Shown: piece by piece, positions 1 through 8,637 of the stretch
How the letters are laid out: the number at the start of each line of letters is the position of its first letter
How positions within the stretch are numbered: the stretch's first letter is position 1
Assembly (NCBI GenBank): GCA_964454455.1
Contig: CAYVVQ010000007.1
Coordinates: 18,188 to 50,187, forward strand
Source: an uncultured Desulfobacterales bacterium
GTDB lineage: Bacteria > Desulfobacterota > DSM-4660 > Desulfatiglandales > HGW-15
Length of the DNA: 32,000 nucleotides
Direction of reading: 5' to 3'
Notes under the pieces: generated by a model
Seen by the model: the letters and a program-made list of their open reading frames with translations, nothing else
What the model was told of the DNA's origin: nothing
The model's database searches: none
Program-made: the position numbers and the translations under genes

Positions 1-164
1 TCCACGCTCTTGCCCAGGAACTTCTCGATGGACTTCATGCCCCGCGCCACGAACTCATCCTTGATGTCCCGGAGCACCACGTCGCAACCGATCTGGGCCG
101 CGACCTGAGCGATTCCGTTTCCCATGGCGCCTGCGCCCACGACGCCGATCTTTTTGATGTCCAT
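1..164 (-). CDS. 3-hydroxyacyl-CoA / 3-hydroxybutyryl-CoA dehydrogenase, N-terminal fragment (gene runs off the window start)
   Basis: Not in the ORF track because it is truncated. The reverse complement of 1-164 reads [55 protein letters not shown]. This is the GxGxxG Rossmann N-terminus typical of Hbd-type dehydrogenases. ATG is the 'cat' at 162-164, with AAGGAGG about 11 nt upstream on the minus strand. Confidence 0.75.
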   Translation of the reverse strand, partial: MDIKKIGVVGAGAMGNGIAQVAAQIGCDVVLRDIKDEFVARGMKSIEKFLGKSV

Positions 165-314
165 ACCCGTTTCAACCTCCTTCTCGAGATGCCCCGCGCC
201 TGTCTCCGGGTGCGGAGCGGAATGGGTGTTCGGATCGCCCCGGAGCCGCCCGTTTACCATCGGGCGGCCCGGGAGAGTACGACCTCCTGATCGCTCACGT
301 CGGGCGATCGGCTC

Positions 315-545
315 TCAGACCGATTCCACCCGCTGAACCTCGGGAACACTCTGCTTGAGCATCTTCTCGATGCCCATCTTCAGGGTCATCTGCGACATGG
401 GGCAGCCTGCGCAGGCCCCCTGGAGACGCACCTTGACCAGCCCTTCGGGCTCGTCCACCTCGACGAGCTCCACGTCGCCGCCGTCGGCCTGCAGGGACGG
501 CCGGACCTTGTTCAGGGCATCCTGGACGTTTTCCTTGAATGACAT
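315..545 (-). CDS. NifU-like (Nfu-type) Fe-S cluster protein, 76 aa
   Basis: Internal Met of ORF 315..836(-). The sequence is [76 protein letters not shown], with the CxxC (CAGC) pattern of the NifU C-terminal domain. The upstream part of the ORF is Pro/Arg/Gly-rich junk. Confidence 0.8.
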   Translation of the reverse strand: MSFKENVQDALNKVRPSLQADGGDVELVEVDEPEGLVKVRLQGACAGCPMSQMTLKMGIEKMLKQSVPEVQRVESV

Positions 546-705
546 GGCGTGCTCCTCTCCTCTACGATGTGCTCGGATCGTTGTCCGTGAATGGCGCTTA
601 CCATATCCCAGCGGAGGGCTGAAAATCAACGGCAAAGGCGCACATGAGGACCAAGGAAACCGAAAATGCGCCCCAACGCAGGGAAATGCGGCCTTGCGTT
701 CCGTG

Positions 706-1812
706 TCACGGCATGGAGAACCGCTCCCGGGCGCGCTCGTCCAGGAAGCGGGCCAGCCCGGCCGACGTCCCTGGGGACCAGCCCATGGCGCCGCCCCAGA
801 CGTCGTCGCTCTCCATGCAAAGATAGAGGCCGGCATCGGTGTTCCAGGCCGCGATCCGCTCCCGAAGGAAGCCGTACATCTCGGTGCGCAGCGGCTTGAA
901 GGTGCGCATCTTGCCGTCCAGCCCCGGGACGAACTCCCCGTGGAGCACGGCGCTTCCGGGATGGCGGCGGCGGATCACGGCCTTGAGCCCCGGCATGTAT
1001 CGCATGGCGCCCATGCTCATCCAGATGACGTTCCGGGGCGCCACGTACCGGTCGAGGAGGTCCACGGTCCGCGCGTACTCATCGCGCCACCCGGGGTGCC
1101 GGACAAGGGGGTCGAAATGAAAGCCCACGGCAAACCCCTCCTCCTGGCACCGGGCGGCAGCGCGAAGCCGCCGCTCCAGTCCCGGGGCCCGGTGCTCCTC
1201 GCGAGAGACGATCCAGGGGCTGTTCAGAGACCAGGAGACGATGATGCGGTCCCGGCAGGGGGAAGCGAGCAGGCCCCGGATCCGGTCGGTCTTGGTCTTG
1301 AGCTCCAGCACGGCGTTCGGGTGCTCGCCCAGGAACGGCGGGAGCCATTCGGTCCAGCGGGCCACGGGGTCCAGGGCCAGGCTGTCGGTGAACTCCCCGG
1401 TGCCGATCCGCCAGAGCCGGGAGCGGTCCGCAGCGAGCCGTCGACCGATCCCGGGCAGGGCCTCGGGAAGGTTGACGAAGAGCCGCAGGGAGGGCTGGTT
1501 CACGTAGGCCTGGAGGATGCAGTATGAGCAGTCCAGGGGGCAGTTCGTTCCCACGTTCAGGATCTGGTACCCGCAGCAGATGTAGCCCTCCCCGGTGCCC
1601 GGGCAGGGTTTGAGGAGCTCGCCGGGAAAAGCCACCAGCCGGAGGGTGTCCTTGTCCATGCCGGCGCCGGCGCCCTCTCCGGGTGCGTTCCGGATCGCGG
1701 CCGGGGCGGAATCGGGCTCCCGCGCCTCCCACGTCTCACGAATCCTCCGGGCCATGGGGAACCGGGACGCCTCCGGCTCCACGACCAACCGGCGGATCTC
1801 GTGAAGGTTCAT
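706..1812 (-). CDS. Radical SAM enzyme of the spore-photoproduct-lyase (SplB-like) family, 368 aa
   Basis: ORF 706..2049(-) taken from the Met of MNLHEIRR ('cat' at 1810-1812). It carries the radical-SAM triad CPLDCSYC followed by ILQAY. The overall layout resembles SP-lyase-family proteins of non-sporeformers. Its start overlaps the upstream gene's stop in an ATGA. Confidence 0.7.
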   Translation of the reverse strand: MNLHEIRRLVVEPEASRFPMARRIRETWEAREPDSAPAAIRNAPGEGAGAGMDKDTLRLVAFPGELLKPCPGTGEGYICCGYQILNVGTNCPLDCSYCILQAYVNQPSLRLFVNLPEALPGIGRRLAADRSRLWRIGTGEFTDSLALDPVARWTEWLPPFLGEHPNAVLELKTKTDRIRGLLASPCRDRIIVSWSLNSPWIVSREEHRAPGLERRLRAAARCQEEGFAVGFHFDPLVRHPGWRDEYARTVDLLDRYVAPRNVIWMSMGAMRYMPGLKAVIRRRHPGSAVLHGEFVPGLDGKMRTFKPLRTEMYGFLRERIAAWNTDAGLYLCMESDDVWGGAMGWSPGTSAGLARFLDERARERFSMP

Positions 1813-2852
1813 GCGTCCTCCTCCCACGGCGGCCCGAGGGAGTCGATCCCCGGTGTCCCCGCCAGGCGAACCAGCTCGTCCCGGAGCTCGGCCCCGGATC
1901 GGAAGGCGACCTCCAGGCGGAAGACCGGGCCCTCGAAGCCCGGGGGCGGGATCACCCGTACGTTCCGGGCAAGGCCCAGCCCCTCCACCCGGCGCTGAAA
2001 GGCCCGCTCCGCCGCGCTCACCGCGGGGAACCGGCGCCGCCGCAGCCACTCCAGGAGCCGCGCCGCGGCCTGGGGCGGGTTGGTCCCGCCCTGCTCCAGC
2101 AGGGCCCGAACGGGGGGCGACTCCAGGATGTCCTGCGCATTGCTTTCCTCTATCAACATTAAATCAAACAGTATATCAATAAATTGATTCTGTTTATTGA
2201 AGTTGATTCTAAGCTTTCGGATGTACTGCACGGCTGCGGCCCGGTCCTCTACCGTCCAGGCCTGCAGCGCCTGAAAAGCCCGCATGCCGAGCCTCCCCGC
2301 GGCCACGGCAGCTCGTACGGCCGGGTCGGCCTGCTCCAGGGCGAGGTAGGCCGCCAGCAGTCCGTCCCGCCGGGGAAGGCCCAGGAGGGGCATGTAGTCG
2401 GTTCGCAGGGTGTCCCGGTCCACAAAGGCCGAGAGCCTGGACAGCGCCATGCCCTTGTCCATCTCGCCGAGGGGTCGGGTGGCCAGGTTGTCGTGGAGGC
2501 CCAGGAGGAGCCGCTCCAAGCCGGAGCGAGGGGTGCCCGAGAGGTCCCGGCCGCGGCAGGAGGAGCATCCCAGGGCGCGCAGCGCTCGAAGTCTCCGGAA
2601 GCCCGTGACCACCTCCCACCCCCCCTCCCCGTCTTCGTGGACCAGCGGGGGGTTGAGGAGGCCGACCCGGCGGATCGAGGCCACCAGCGCCTCGGGCGCG
2701 TCACCGAAGCTCGTGCAGCAGGGCCCGGCCTCCAGATGGAGCGCCTCCAGGCGCAGCCGGACCTCGGGGAGCCCTCCGAGGTCCGGGCAATCCGCAGGGC
2801 CCGGTCCCTCCGGCGGGGTCTTGTTCGTGGCGTCACGGCTCATGACGGTCAT
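1809..2852 (-). CDS. ParB/Srx N-terminal-domain protein (ParB-like nuclease domain protein), 347 aa
   Basis: ORF 1809..2852(-). The ParB-N motif region is LVASIRRVGLLNPPLVHEDGEGGWEVVTGFRRLRALRALG, which includes a GxRRxRA box. GAAAGGGGGG lies 7 nt upstream of the ATG. The stop overlaps the start of the radical SAM gene. Confidence 0.7.
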   Translation of the reverse strand: MTVMSRDATNKTPPEGPGPADCPDLGGLPEVRLRLEALHLEAGPCCTSFGDAPEALVASIRRVGLLNPPLVHEDGEGGWEVVTGFRRLRALRALGCSSCRGRDLSGTPRSGLERLLLGLHDNLATRPLGEMDKGMALSRLSAFVDRDTLRTDYMPLLGLPRRDGLLAAYLALEQADPAVRAAVAAGRLGMRAFQALQAWTVEDRAAAVQYIRKLRINFNKQNQFIDILFDLMLIEESNAQDILESPPVRALLEQGGTNPPQAAARLLEWLRRRRFPAVSAAERAFQRRVEGLGLARNVRVIPPPGFEGPVFRLEVAFRSGAELRDELVRLAGTPGIDSLGPPWEEDA

Positions 2853-2898
2853 GCGTCCGCCCCCCTTTCACCGCGAACCTACCCCAAACGGGGCGGCC

Positions 2899-2917
2899 GG
2901 TCAAACCCGGGTTGACC
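2899..2917. promoter_or_regulatory. Near-perfect 19-bp palindrome GGTCAAACCCGGGTTGACC in the divergent ParB-like / kinase intergenic region
   Basis: The core AACCCGGGTT is a perfect 10-bp palindrome. The outer arms GGTCA/TGACC pair with one extra A. The element presents TTGACC (-35-like) on both strands. Confidence 0.3.
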
Positions 2918-3026
2918 CCTCCCCCGATCCGCGATAAGAAAGAATGGAAGAGCCTGTCCGCCGACCCCGTCCCTCGGGGGCCGTTTTCCCGGGGGCGCCG
3001 CCCGTCACCACCCGGTGGGGTTCGCC

Positions 3027-5513
3027 ATGAAGGTCCGCTCCATCCTGGTGGCCTTGAGCCTCCTTGCCTTCCTGTCCACATCCGTCGGCGGGGTTCTCTA
3101 CTACAGCTCCCTCAAGCAGTCCGCCCTGGACGAGGTGAACCGGCAGGCCGTCTCCAGGGTCCAGACGCTTCGAAATCACCTCTCTTCCTACCTCCAGGAG
3201 AACCTCAAGGCCGCCCGGGTCATGGCGGGGCTGGAGGGCGTTCGCCGTTTCCTGGAGCACCCGGGGCGACCCGGCGAGCTCGAGGAGGCAAACGCCATCC
3301 TGGACCACTTCCAGTGGGCGCTCCGGGCGGACGTCTGCTACGTGATGGACCGGCGGGGCGCCACCCTGGCCTCCAGCAACCGGGAGGAGCCCCGCAGCTT
3401 CGTGGGCGAGAACTATGCATTCCGTCCTTACTTCCAGCGGGCCATCCAGGGGGAGACCGCCGTCTACATGGCCCTGGGCGTCACCTCGGGGAAGCGGGGC
3501 GTTTACTACAGCCACCCGGTGTACGGGCGGAGCCCCTTCGACGGGCCCATCGGGGTGGCCGTGGTCAAGGCGGGGATCGAGTCGATCGAGGAGGAATTCC
3601 GGGAGAGCGAAAGCGGGATCGTGGTGCTGGCCGACCCCAACGGCGTCATCTTCGCCTCGAGCCGCCCCGACTGGCTCTTCCGCCTCCTCTGGGACCTGCC
3701 GCCCGGGGAGCGGGAGCGGATCGTCGCCTCCCGCCAGTTCGGCCGGACGCCTCTCGACTGGGTGGGGTTGGAGAGAGAGGAGGAGCGCCTCGCGGTGGAC
3801 CGGGAGGGCAACCGCTACTTCATTCACCGGGTCGACGTGCGCGAGCGGCCCGGCTGGCAGGTCCTTTATCTGACCAACCCGGACCTGTTCCTCGAGCGCG
3901 TCTCTCACTCGCTGATCCGGATCAGCGGCTCCCTAATCCTGGTCCTGTGCCTCATCGTCGGTATGGGGGTGTTCGTCCTCTTCCGAAAGGCGAACCACGA
4001 GATCATCCGGCGGCGTGAGGCCGAGCAGGCCCTCCGGGAGAGCGAGGAGACGGCCCAGGCCCTGCTGAACGCCCCCACGGACAGCGCCCTGCTCCTGGAC
4101 ACCGGGGGCCGGGTCCTGGCCGCCAACGAGAGCGCGGCCCTGGCGCTGAGCGTGCCGGACGCCGAGGAGCTGGTCGGTCGGACCATCTTCGACTGCTTCC
4201 CGGAGGAGATCGCGGAGCGGGAGCGCGCCCACCTGGACGAGGTCCTCCGATCGGGACGACCCACCCGCTATGAGGAGCGTCGCGGAAGCCGCACCTTCGA
4301 CACCCACCTCTACCCGGTGTTCGACGCCGGCGGGAAGGTGGTGCGGGTGGCCATCTTCAGCCTGGACATCACGGAGCTCAAGAAGACCGAGGAGGAGCTC
4401 CGGCGCGCCCAGGAGGAGCTGAGTCTCCACTCGAGGGAGCTGGAGCGGCAGGTCCGGCAGCGCACCCGGGAGATCACCGGCATCCTGGAGAACACGCCCG
4501 CCGTGGTCTACATCAAGGATCGGGACTACCGCTACGTCATGGTGGGCTCCCGGTTCGAGAAGCTCTTCGGCGTGCAGAGCCGGGACGCCAGGGGAAGGAC
4601 CGACTACGAGATCTTTCCCCGGGAGATCGCCGACCAGTTCCGGGCGAACGACGAGCGGGTGGCCAGGGAGCAGGAGGCCATCCAGGTGGAGGAGCGCGTT
4701 CCCCAGGAGGAGGGGGTCCGCACCTACCTCTCGGTCAAGTTCCCCCTGAAGGACGAGGACGGCCGGGTCCGGGCCATGTGCGGCATCTCGACCGACATCA
4801 CGGACCTGATCAAGGCCCAGGAGCAGCTCCGCAGGCTGTCGGGCCGGATCATGGACAGCCAGGAGCAGGAGCGCGCGTTGATCGCCCGGGAGCTCCACGA
4901 CGAGCTGGGGCAGCTGCTCACGGCCCTGCGCATGGACGCCGTCTGGCTCCGGCGGCATTTGCGGACGGGCGGTGGAGCCGCCTTCGGCCGCGCCGATGCC
5001 ATGTGCGGGCTGATCGACAGGACCATCGACGAGGTCCGCGGCATCGCCATCCGCCTCCGGCCCGGGGTGCTGGACGACCTGGGGCTGATCGACGCCCTGG
5101 AGTGGTACACCGAGGAGTTCGATCGCCGCTACGGCGTGGCGTGCAGCTTCCATCAGCACGGCGCCCTGGGACCGCTGAAGGATCTCCCTGCCACATCGGC
5201 CTACCGCATCGCCCAGGAGGCGCTCACCAATGTGGCACGGCACGCTGCGGCCTCCCACGCGGAGGTGACCCTGGCCCTGCAAGGGACCGAGATGGTCCTG
5301 CGGGTGGAGGACGACGGCGTCGGCTTCGACCTGGGGCGGGTTTCGGAGAACGACTGTCTCGGGATTGCGGGGATGCGGGAGCGGGCCGGGCTGGCGGGCG
5401 GCCGCCTCGAGATCCGATCGACGCCCGGAGAGGGGACCACGGTTTGCTTTTACGTCCCGGTGAACGGAAATGGAAGGGGGGAGACCCATGATTCGAGTCC
5501 TGCTGGCCGATGA
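3027..5513 (+). CDS. Sensor histidine kinase: N-terminal TM, periplasmic Cache-like domain, TM, PAS domains, HisKA_3 and HATPase
   Basis: ORF 3015..5513. ATG at 3027 (MKVRSILVALSLLAF) is preferred over GTG at 3015. A second TM is LIRISGSLILVLCLIVGMGVFVLF. A coiled coil/PAS region follows. The H-box is HDELGQLLTALRMD (NarX/DegS type), and the ATPase motifs are EDDGVGF and GIAGMRERA..GG.L. Confidence 0.85.
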   Translation: MKVRSILVALSLLAFLSTSVGGVLYYSSLKQSALDEVNRQAVSRVQTLRNHLSSYLQENLKAARVMAGLEGVRRFLEHPGRPGELEEANAILDHFQWALRADVCYVMDRRGATLASSNREEPRSFVGENYAFRPYFQRAIQGETAVYMALGVTSGKRGVYYSHPVYGRSPFDGPIGVAVVKAGIESIEEEFRESESGIVVLADPNGVIFASSRPDWLFRLLWDLPPGERERIVASRQFGRTPLDWVGLEREEERLAVDREGNRYFIHRVDVRERPGWQVLYLTNPDLFLERVSHSLIRISGSLILVLCLIVGMGVFVLFRKANHEIIRRREAEQALRESEETAQALLNAPTDSALLLDTGGRVLAANESAALALSVPDAEELVGRTIFDCFPEEIAERERAHLDEVLRSGRPTRYEERRGSRTFDTHLYPVFDAGGKVVRVAIFSLDITELKKTEEELRRAQEELSLHSRELERQVRQRTREITGILENTPAVVYIKDRDYRYVMVGSRFEKLFGVQSRDARGRTDYEIFPREIADQFRANDERVAREQEAIQVEERVPQEEGVRTYLSVKFPLKDEDGRVRAMCGISTDITDLIKAQEQLRRLSGRIMDSQEQERALIARELHDELGQLLTALRMDAVWLRRHLRTGGGAAFGRADAMCGLIDRTIDEVRGIAIRLRPGVLDDLGLIDALEWYTEEFDRRYGVACSFHQHGALGPLKDLPATSAYRIAQEALTNVARHAAASHAEVTLALQGTEMVLRVEDDGVGFDLGRVSENDCLGIAGMRERAGLAGGRLEIRSTPGEGTTVCFYVPVNGNGRGETHDSSPAGR

Positions 5514-6126
5514 CCACAACATCGTTCGCGAGGGGCTCCGCCGGATCATCGAGGAGAGCGAGGACCTTCAGGTGGTGGCCGAGGCCGGGGACGGCCGGGA
5601 GGCGCTCGGGCTCCTCCAGAAGGCCGAGCCCGACGTGGCGGTGATCGACATCTCCATGCCGGGCATGGACGGGCTCGAGGTCATCGGCCGCATCCGGACG
5701 GAGCGCCCTTCCCTGCCCGTGCTGATCCTGACCATGCACGAGGAGGAGCAGTACGTGGTCCGCGCCATCGGGTCCGGCGCCAGGGGATACGTCACCAAGC
5801 GCTCTGCCTCCGAGGAGCTGGTGGAGGCCATCCGCAAGGTCCACGCGGGCGGTCGCCACCTCACCGAGTCGGCCGCCGAGTCCCTGGCCCTCCGCCTGGC
5901 CCGCGGCCGGGAGGGTCTGGGTCCCCTCGACGCCCTGAGCAACAGGGAGATCCAGGTGCTCCGCCGCCTCGCCCTGGGCCAGACCAACCGGGAGATCGCC
6001 GAGGTCTACCACCTCAGCACCAAGACCGTGGACACCTACCGGACCCGGTTGCTCAAGAAGCTGAACCTGAGGAACAACGCGGACCTGTCCCGGTTTGCCA
6101 TCCAGACTGGCCTGATCGAAGCCTGA
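5488..6126 (+). CDS. NarL/FixJ-family response regulator (REC + LuxR-type HTH)
   Basis: ORF 5470..6126 taken from MIRVLLADDH (ATG 5488, with GGAAGGGGGGAG upstream). It has the receiver Asp context VAVIDISMPGMDG. The C-terminal LuxR HTH is SNREIQVLRRLALGQTNREIAEVYHLSTKTVDTYRTRLLKKL. It overlaps the kinase 3' end by 26 nt. Confidence 0.9.
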   Translation: MIRVLLADDHNIVREGLRRIIEESEDLQVVAEAGDGREALGLLQKAEPDVAVIDISMPGMDGLEVIGRIRTERPSLPVLILTMHEEEQYVVRAIGSGARGYVTKRSASEELVEAIRKVHAGGRHLTESAAESLALRLARGREGLGPLDALSNREIQVLRRLALGQTNREIAEVYHLSTKTVDTYRTRLLKKLNLRNNADLSRFAIQTGLIEA

Positions 6127-6360
6127 GTCCGCTCTTTTGTAGGTTTTTTTCTTACAGCAAAAACCCAACATTTCGGCATTGAAGCGGCGGGGCCTCTCGG
6201 GTTATGATTTTCCTGTAGTGCTTTCCTGTATGGAAAAGTCGTCACCGTTCGCCTCGGACCCGGCGCCTCGAGCGGGGCGCACCGCCGGGCCGCGGACGGC
6301 CGGATCGAGGCGGGGACCACCCCGCGCACCACCCTGCATTATCTCGAAAGGAGGAACGTC

Positions 6361-7638
6361 ATGAAAAGGAAGGGGATCCTTGTGTTCATGGGCGTCGCCG
6401 CAGCGGTCGGGCTCCTGGTCTGCGGGAACGCGCTGGCCGTCTCCAAGATCGTCATCGGCCACCCCGCCTGCCTCTCCGGAAAATACGCCAAGGCCGGCGA
6501 GCAGGCCGTGGGCGGCATCAACGCCTGCGTGGACTGGGTGAACAACGTCTACGGCGGGGTGATGATCGACGGGAAGCGGGTGCCCATCGAGTACAAGTAC
6601 TACGACTGCGAGTCCAAGAAGGAGTCCGTCACCAGCCTGATCGGCCGCCTCGTCACGGTGGACAAGGTCAACGTGGTCTTCTCCCCCTACAGCTCCGGCC
6701 TGACCCTGCGCGGGGCCCCGGTCACCGAGAGCCACCGGATGCTCTACATGGACCACGGCGGCGCCAACAATGCGATCTTTCAGCAGGGCTTCCGCTACGT
6801 GGTCCAGACCATCGGCCCGGCCACGAGCTACCACCAGGGCACCCTGGACATGATCAAGACGATCGATCCCTCCGCCAGGAAGGTGGCCCTGGCCTACGAG
6901 GACTCTGAGTTCGCCAAGATGGTCATGGAAGGCGCCCGGGAGCACGCCAAGGAGCTCGGCTTCGAGGTGGTGTTCGAGCGCACCTACCCCAAGGGCGTGA
7001 CCGACCTCACCCCGCTGCTCTCCGCCCTCAAGGCGGCCGATCCCGACTTCATCCTGGGCGGCGGCCACTTCGAGGACGGACAGCTCTTCAACCGCCAGAT
7101 GGCGGACCTGGACATCGATGCCAACGCGCTCTCCCTGATCGCCGCGGCCACCCTGCCCGCGTTCTACGAGGCCCTCACCACCATGGCCGAGGGCGTCATG
7201 GGCCCCTCCCACTGGGAGTACGGCGTGACCTACTCCGAGGAAGGCGCCAAGGAGGCCGGGCTGCCCTGGATCGGACCCGGCCAGGACGAGTTCGTGGCGC
7301 TCTTCAAGAAGGCCGTGCAGAAGGACATGATCCCGGACTACCACGCGGCCGAGGCGGGCGCCCAGGTCCTGGCCTACGTGCTGGCGGTGGAAAAGGCCAA
7401 CTCCCTGGCCTCGGACAAGGTGCGGGCCGCCCTGGGGGACCTCCAGTTCATGAGCTTCTACGGCGGCTGGGACGTGGACGAGACCGGGCTCCAGGTGGGC
7501 CACACCATGGTGGACGTCCAGTGGCAGGACGCCAAGCGGGTCATCGTCTGGCCCGAGTCGGCCCAGACCGGGAAGCCCTGCTACCCCATGCCCACCTTCG
7601 AGGAAAAGGCCAACGGCGTGAAGGCCATCCCCAAGTAA
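6361..7638 (+). CDS. ABC transporter substrate-binding protein, branched-chain amino acid (LIV/HAAT) family
   Basis: ORF 6361..7638 with an AAGGAGG RBS. It has a signal peptide (MKRKGILVFMGVAAAVGLLVCGNALA). A Peripla_BP_6-like body begins VSKIVIGHPACLSGKYAKAGEQ. Confidence 0.9.
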   Translation: MKRKGILVFMGVAAAVGLLVCGNALAVSKIVIGHPACLSGKYAKAGEQAVGGINACVDWVNNVYGGVMIDGKRVPIEYKYYDCESKKESVTSLIGRLVTVDKVNVVFSPYSSGLTLRGAPVTESHRMLYMDHGGANNAIFQQGFRYVVQTIGPATSYHQGTLDMIKTIDPSARKVALAYEDSEFAKMVMEGAREHAKELGFEVVFERTYPKGVTDLTPLLSALKAADPDFILGGGHFEDGQLFNRQMADLDIDANALSLIAAATLPAFYEALTTMAEGVMGPSHWEYGVTYSEEGAKEAGLPWIGPGQDEFVALFKKAVQKDMIPDYHAAEAGAQVLAYVLAVEKANSLASDKVRAALGDLQFMSFYGGWDVDETGLQVGHTMVDVQWQDAKRVIVWPESAQTGKPCYPMPTFEEKANGVKAIPK

Positions 7639-7660
7639 CGAACGACACCCTCCCCCGTCC

Positions 7661-7684
7661 CCGCCCTGCGCGGGGGCGGTTTTC
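7661..7684 (+). terminator. GC hairpin plus TTTT after the binding-protein gene (partial terminator/attenuator or mRNA stabiliser)
   Basis: CCGCCC (7661-7666) pairs with GGGCGG (7674-7679) across a 7-nt loop, followed by TTTT (7680-7683). It lies 23 nt after the stop, ahead of the permease genes. Confidence 0.4.
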
Positions 7685-7749
7685 CCGGCGCTCGGCGGCC
7701 CTCTTCGGGCCCTACGGACCGGCACACACCACCACGAGGAAGGGTTCGC

Positions 7750-8637
7750 ATGTTCTTTGAACTGCTTGCCGGCAATCTCATCCAGGGCGTGTTCCTGGGC
7801 GCCGTCTACGGCATGGCCACCATGGGCCTCAGCCTGATCTTCGGGGTCCTCAAGGTGGTCAACGTGGGCCACGGGGCCTTCATCATGGTGGGCGCCTTCG
7901 TCACCCTGGCCCTGTTCGACGGCCTCGGGATCTCCCCCATCCTGGCGATCCCGGCCGCCTTCGGCGTGGGCCTGGCCCTGGGACTCTTTTTCTACTACAC
8001 GGTCATCCAGCGCCTCATCAAGGCGCCGGAGCTGGCCACCCTCCTGGCCACCTTCTCCATCGGCATCCTCCTGGAGGAGGTGATCAAGCTCGTCTTCGGC
8101 TCCGAGTTCCGCGGCTACAACTGGGTGGTGGGCAAGATCGACCTCGGCGTCACGGTGATCCCCATGAGCAAGCTTTATGCCGGCGTGGGGAGCGTGGTGA
8201 TCGCGGTCCTCCTCTACCTCTGGTTCAACCGGACCCGAGCGGGATCGGCCATGCGGAGCGTGGTGGAGGACAGCGAGGGGGCGCGGGTCTGCGGCGTGAA
8301 CGTGGGGGCCGCCTACGCCTGGAGCTTCGCGCTCGGCATCGGTCTGACCGTGGCGAGCGGCGTGCTCCTCACCATGTTCATCCCCGTGGGGATCAACCCC
8401 TACATGGGCGGGGGCTACACCCTGAAGGCGTTCGTCATCGCCGTCCTGGGCGGGCTGGCCTCTCCCTACGGCGCCTTTTTCGGGGGCTTGGTCTTCGGGC
8501 TCATCGAGAACGGCTCCTACACCCTCTTCGCCCTGCTGCCGGGCGTGGAGCCGTTCGCCCTGACCCGGTTCCTGTCGTTCATGATCCTGCTGGTCATCCT
8601 TCTGATCCGGCCCACAGGACTGCTGAGGGGAAAATGA
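7750..8637 (+). CDS. livH: Branched-chain amino acid ABC transporter permease (LivH-like)
   Basis: ORF 7750..8637, a polytopic membrane protein. The sequence MFFELLAGNLIQGVFLGAVYGMATMGLSLIFGVLKVVNVGHGAF is typical of the LivH family. Confidence 0.9.
   Translation: MFFELLAGNLIQGVFLGAVYGMATMGLSLIFGVLKVVNVGHGAFIMVGAFVTLALFDGLGISPILAIPAAFGVGLALGLFFYYTVIQRLIKAPELATLLATFSIGILLEEVIKLVFGSEFRGYNWVVGKIDLGVTVIPMSKLYAGVGSVVIAVLLYLWFNRTRAGSAMRSVVEDSEGARVCGVNVGAAYAWSFALGIGLTVASGVLLTMFIPVGINPYMGGGYTLKAFVIAVLGGLASPYGAFFGGLVFGLIENGSYTLFALLPGVEPFALTRFLSFMILLVILLIRPTGLLRGK

Noticed and set aside
240-273. A strong GC hairpin (GCCGCCCG-N8-CGGGCGGC, extendable to about 12 bp) between the NifU-like and hbd-like genes, considered as an intrinsic terminator.
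   Set aside because: No U-tract follows on the transcribed (minus) strand. It may be an mRNA-stabilising or REP-like stem, but I cannot support a terminator call.
3015-3026. A GTG start at 3015 for the sensor kinase (MGFAMKV...). Similar most-upstream alternative starts appear in the track for the regulator (5470), the gamma-like protein (TTG 14225), the GS-like protein (TTG 28014) and FmdB (31122).
   Set aside because: In each case a downstream ATG has a better-spaced Shine-Dalgarno sequence and gives the family-typical N-terminus (signal peptide, MIRVLL receiver start, MPIYEY). Uncertainty of a few codons remains.
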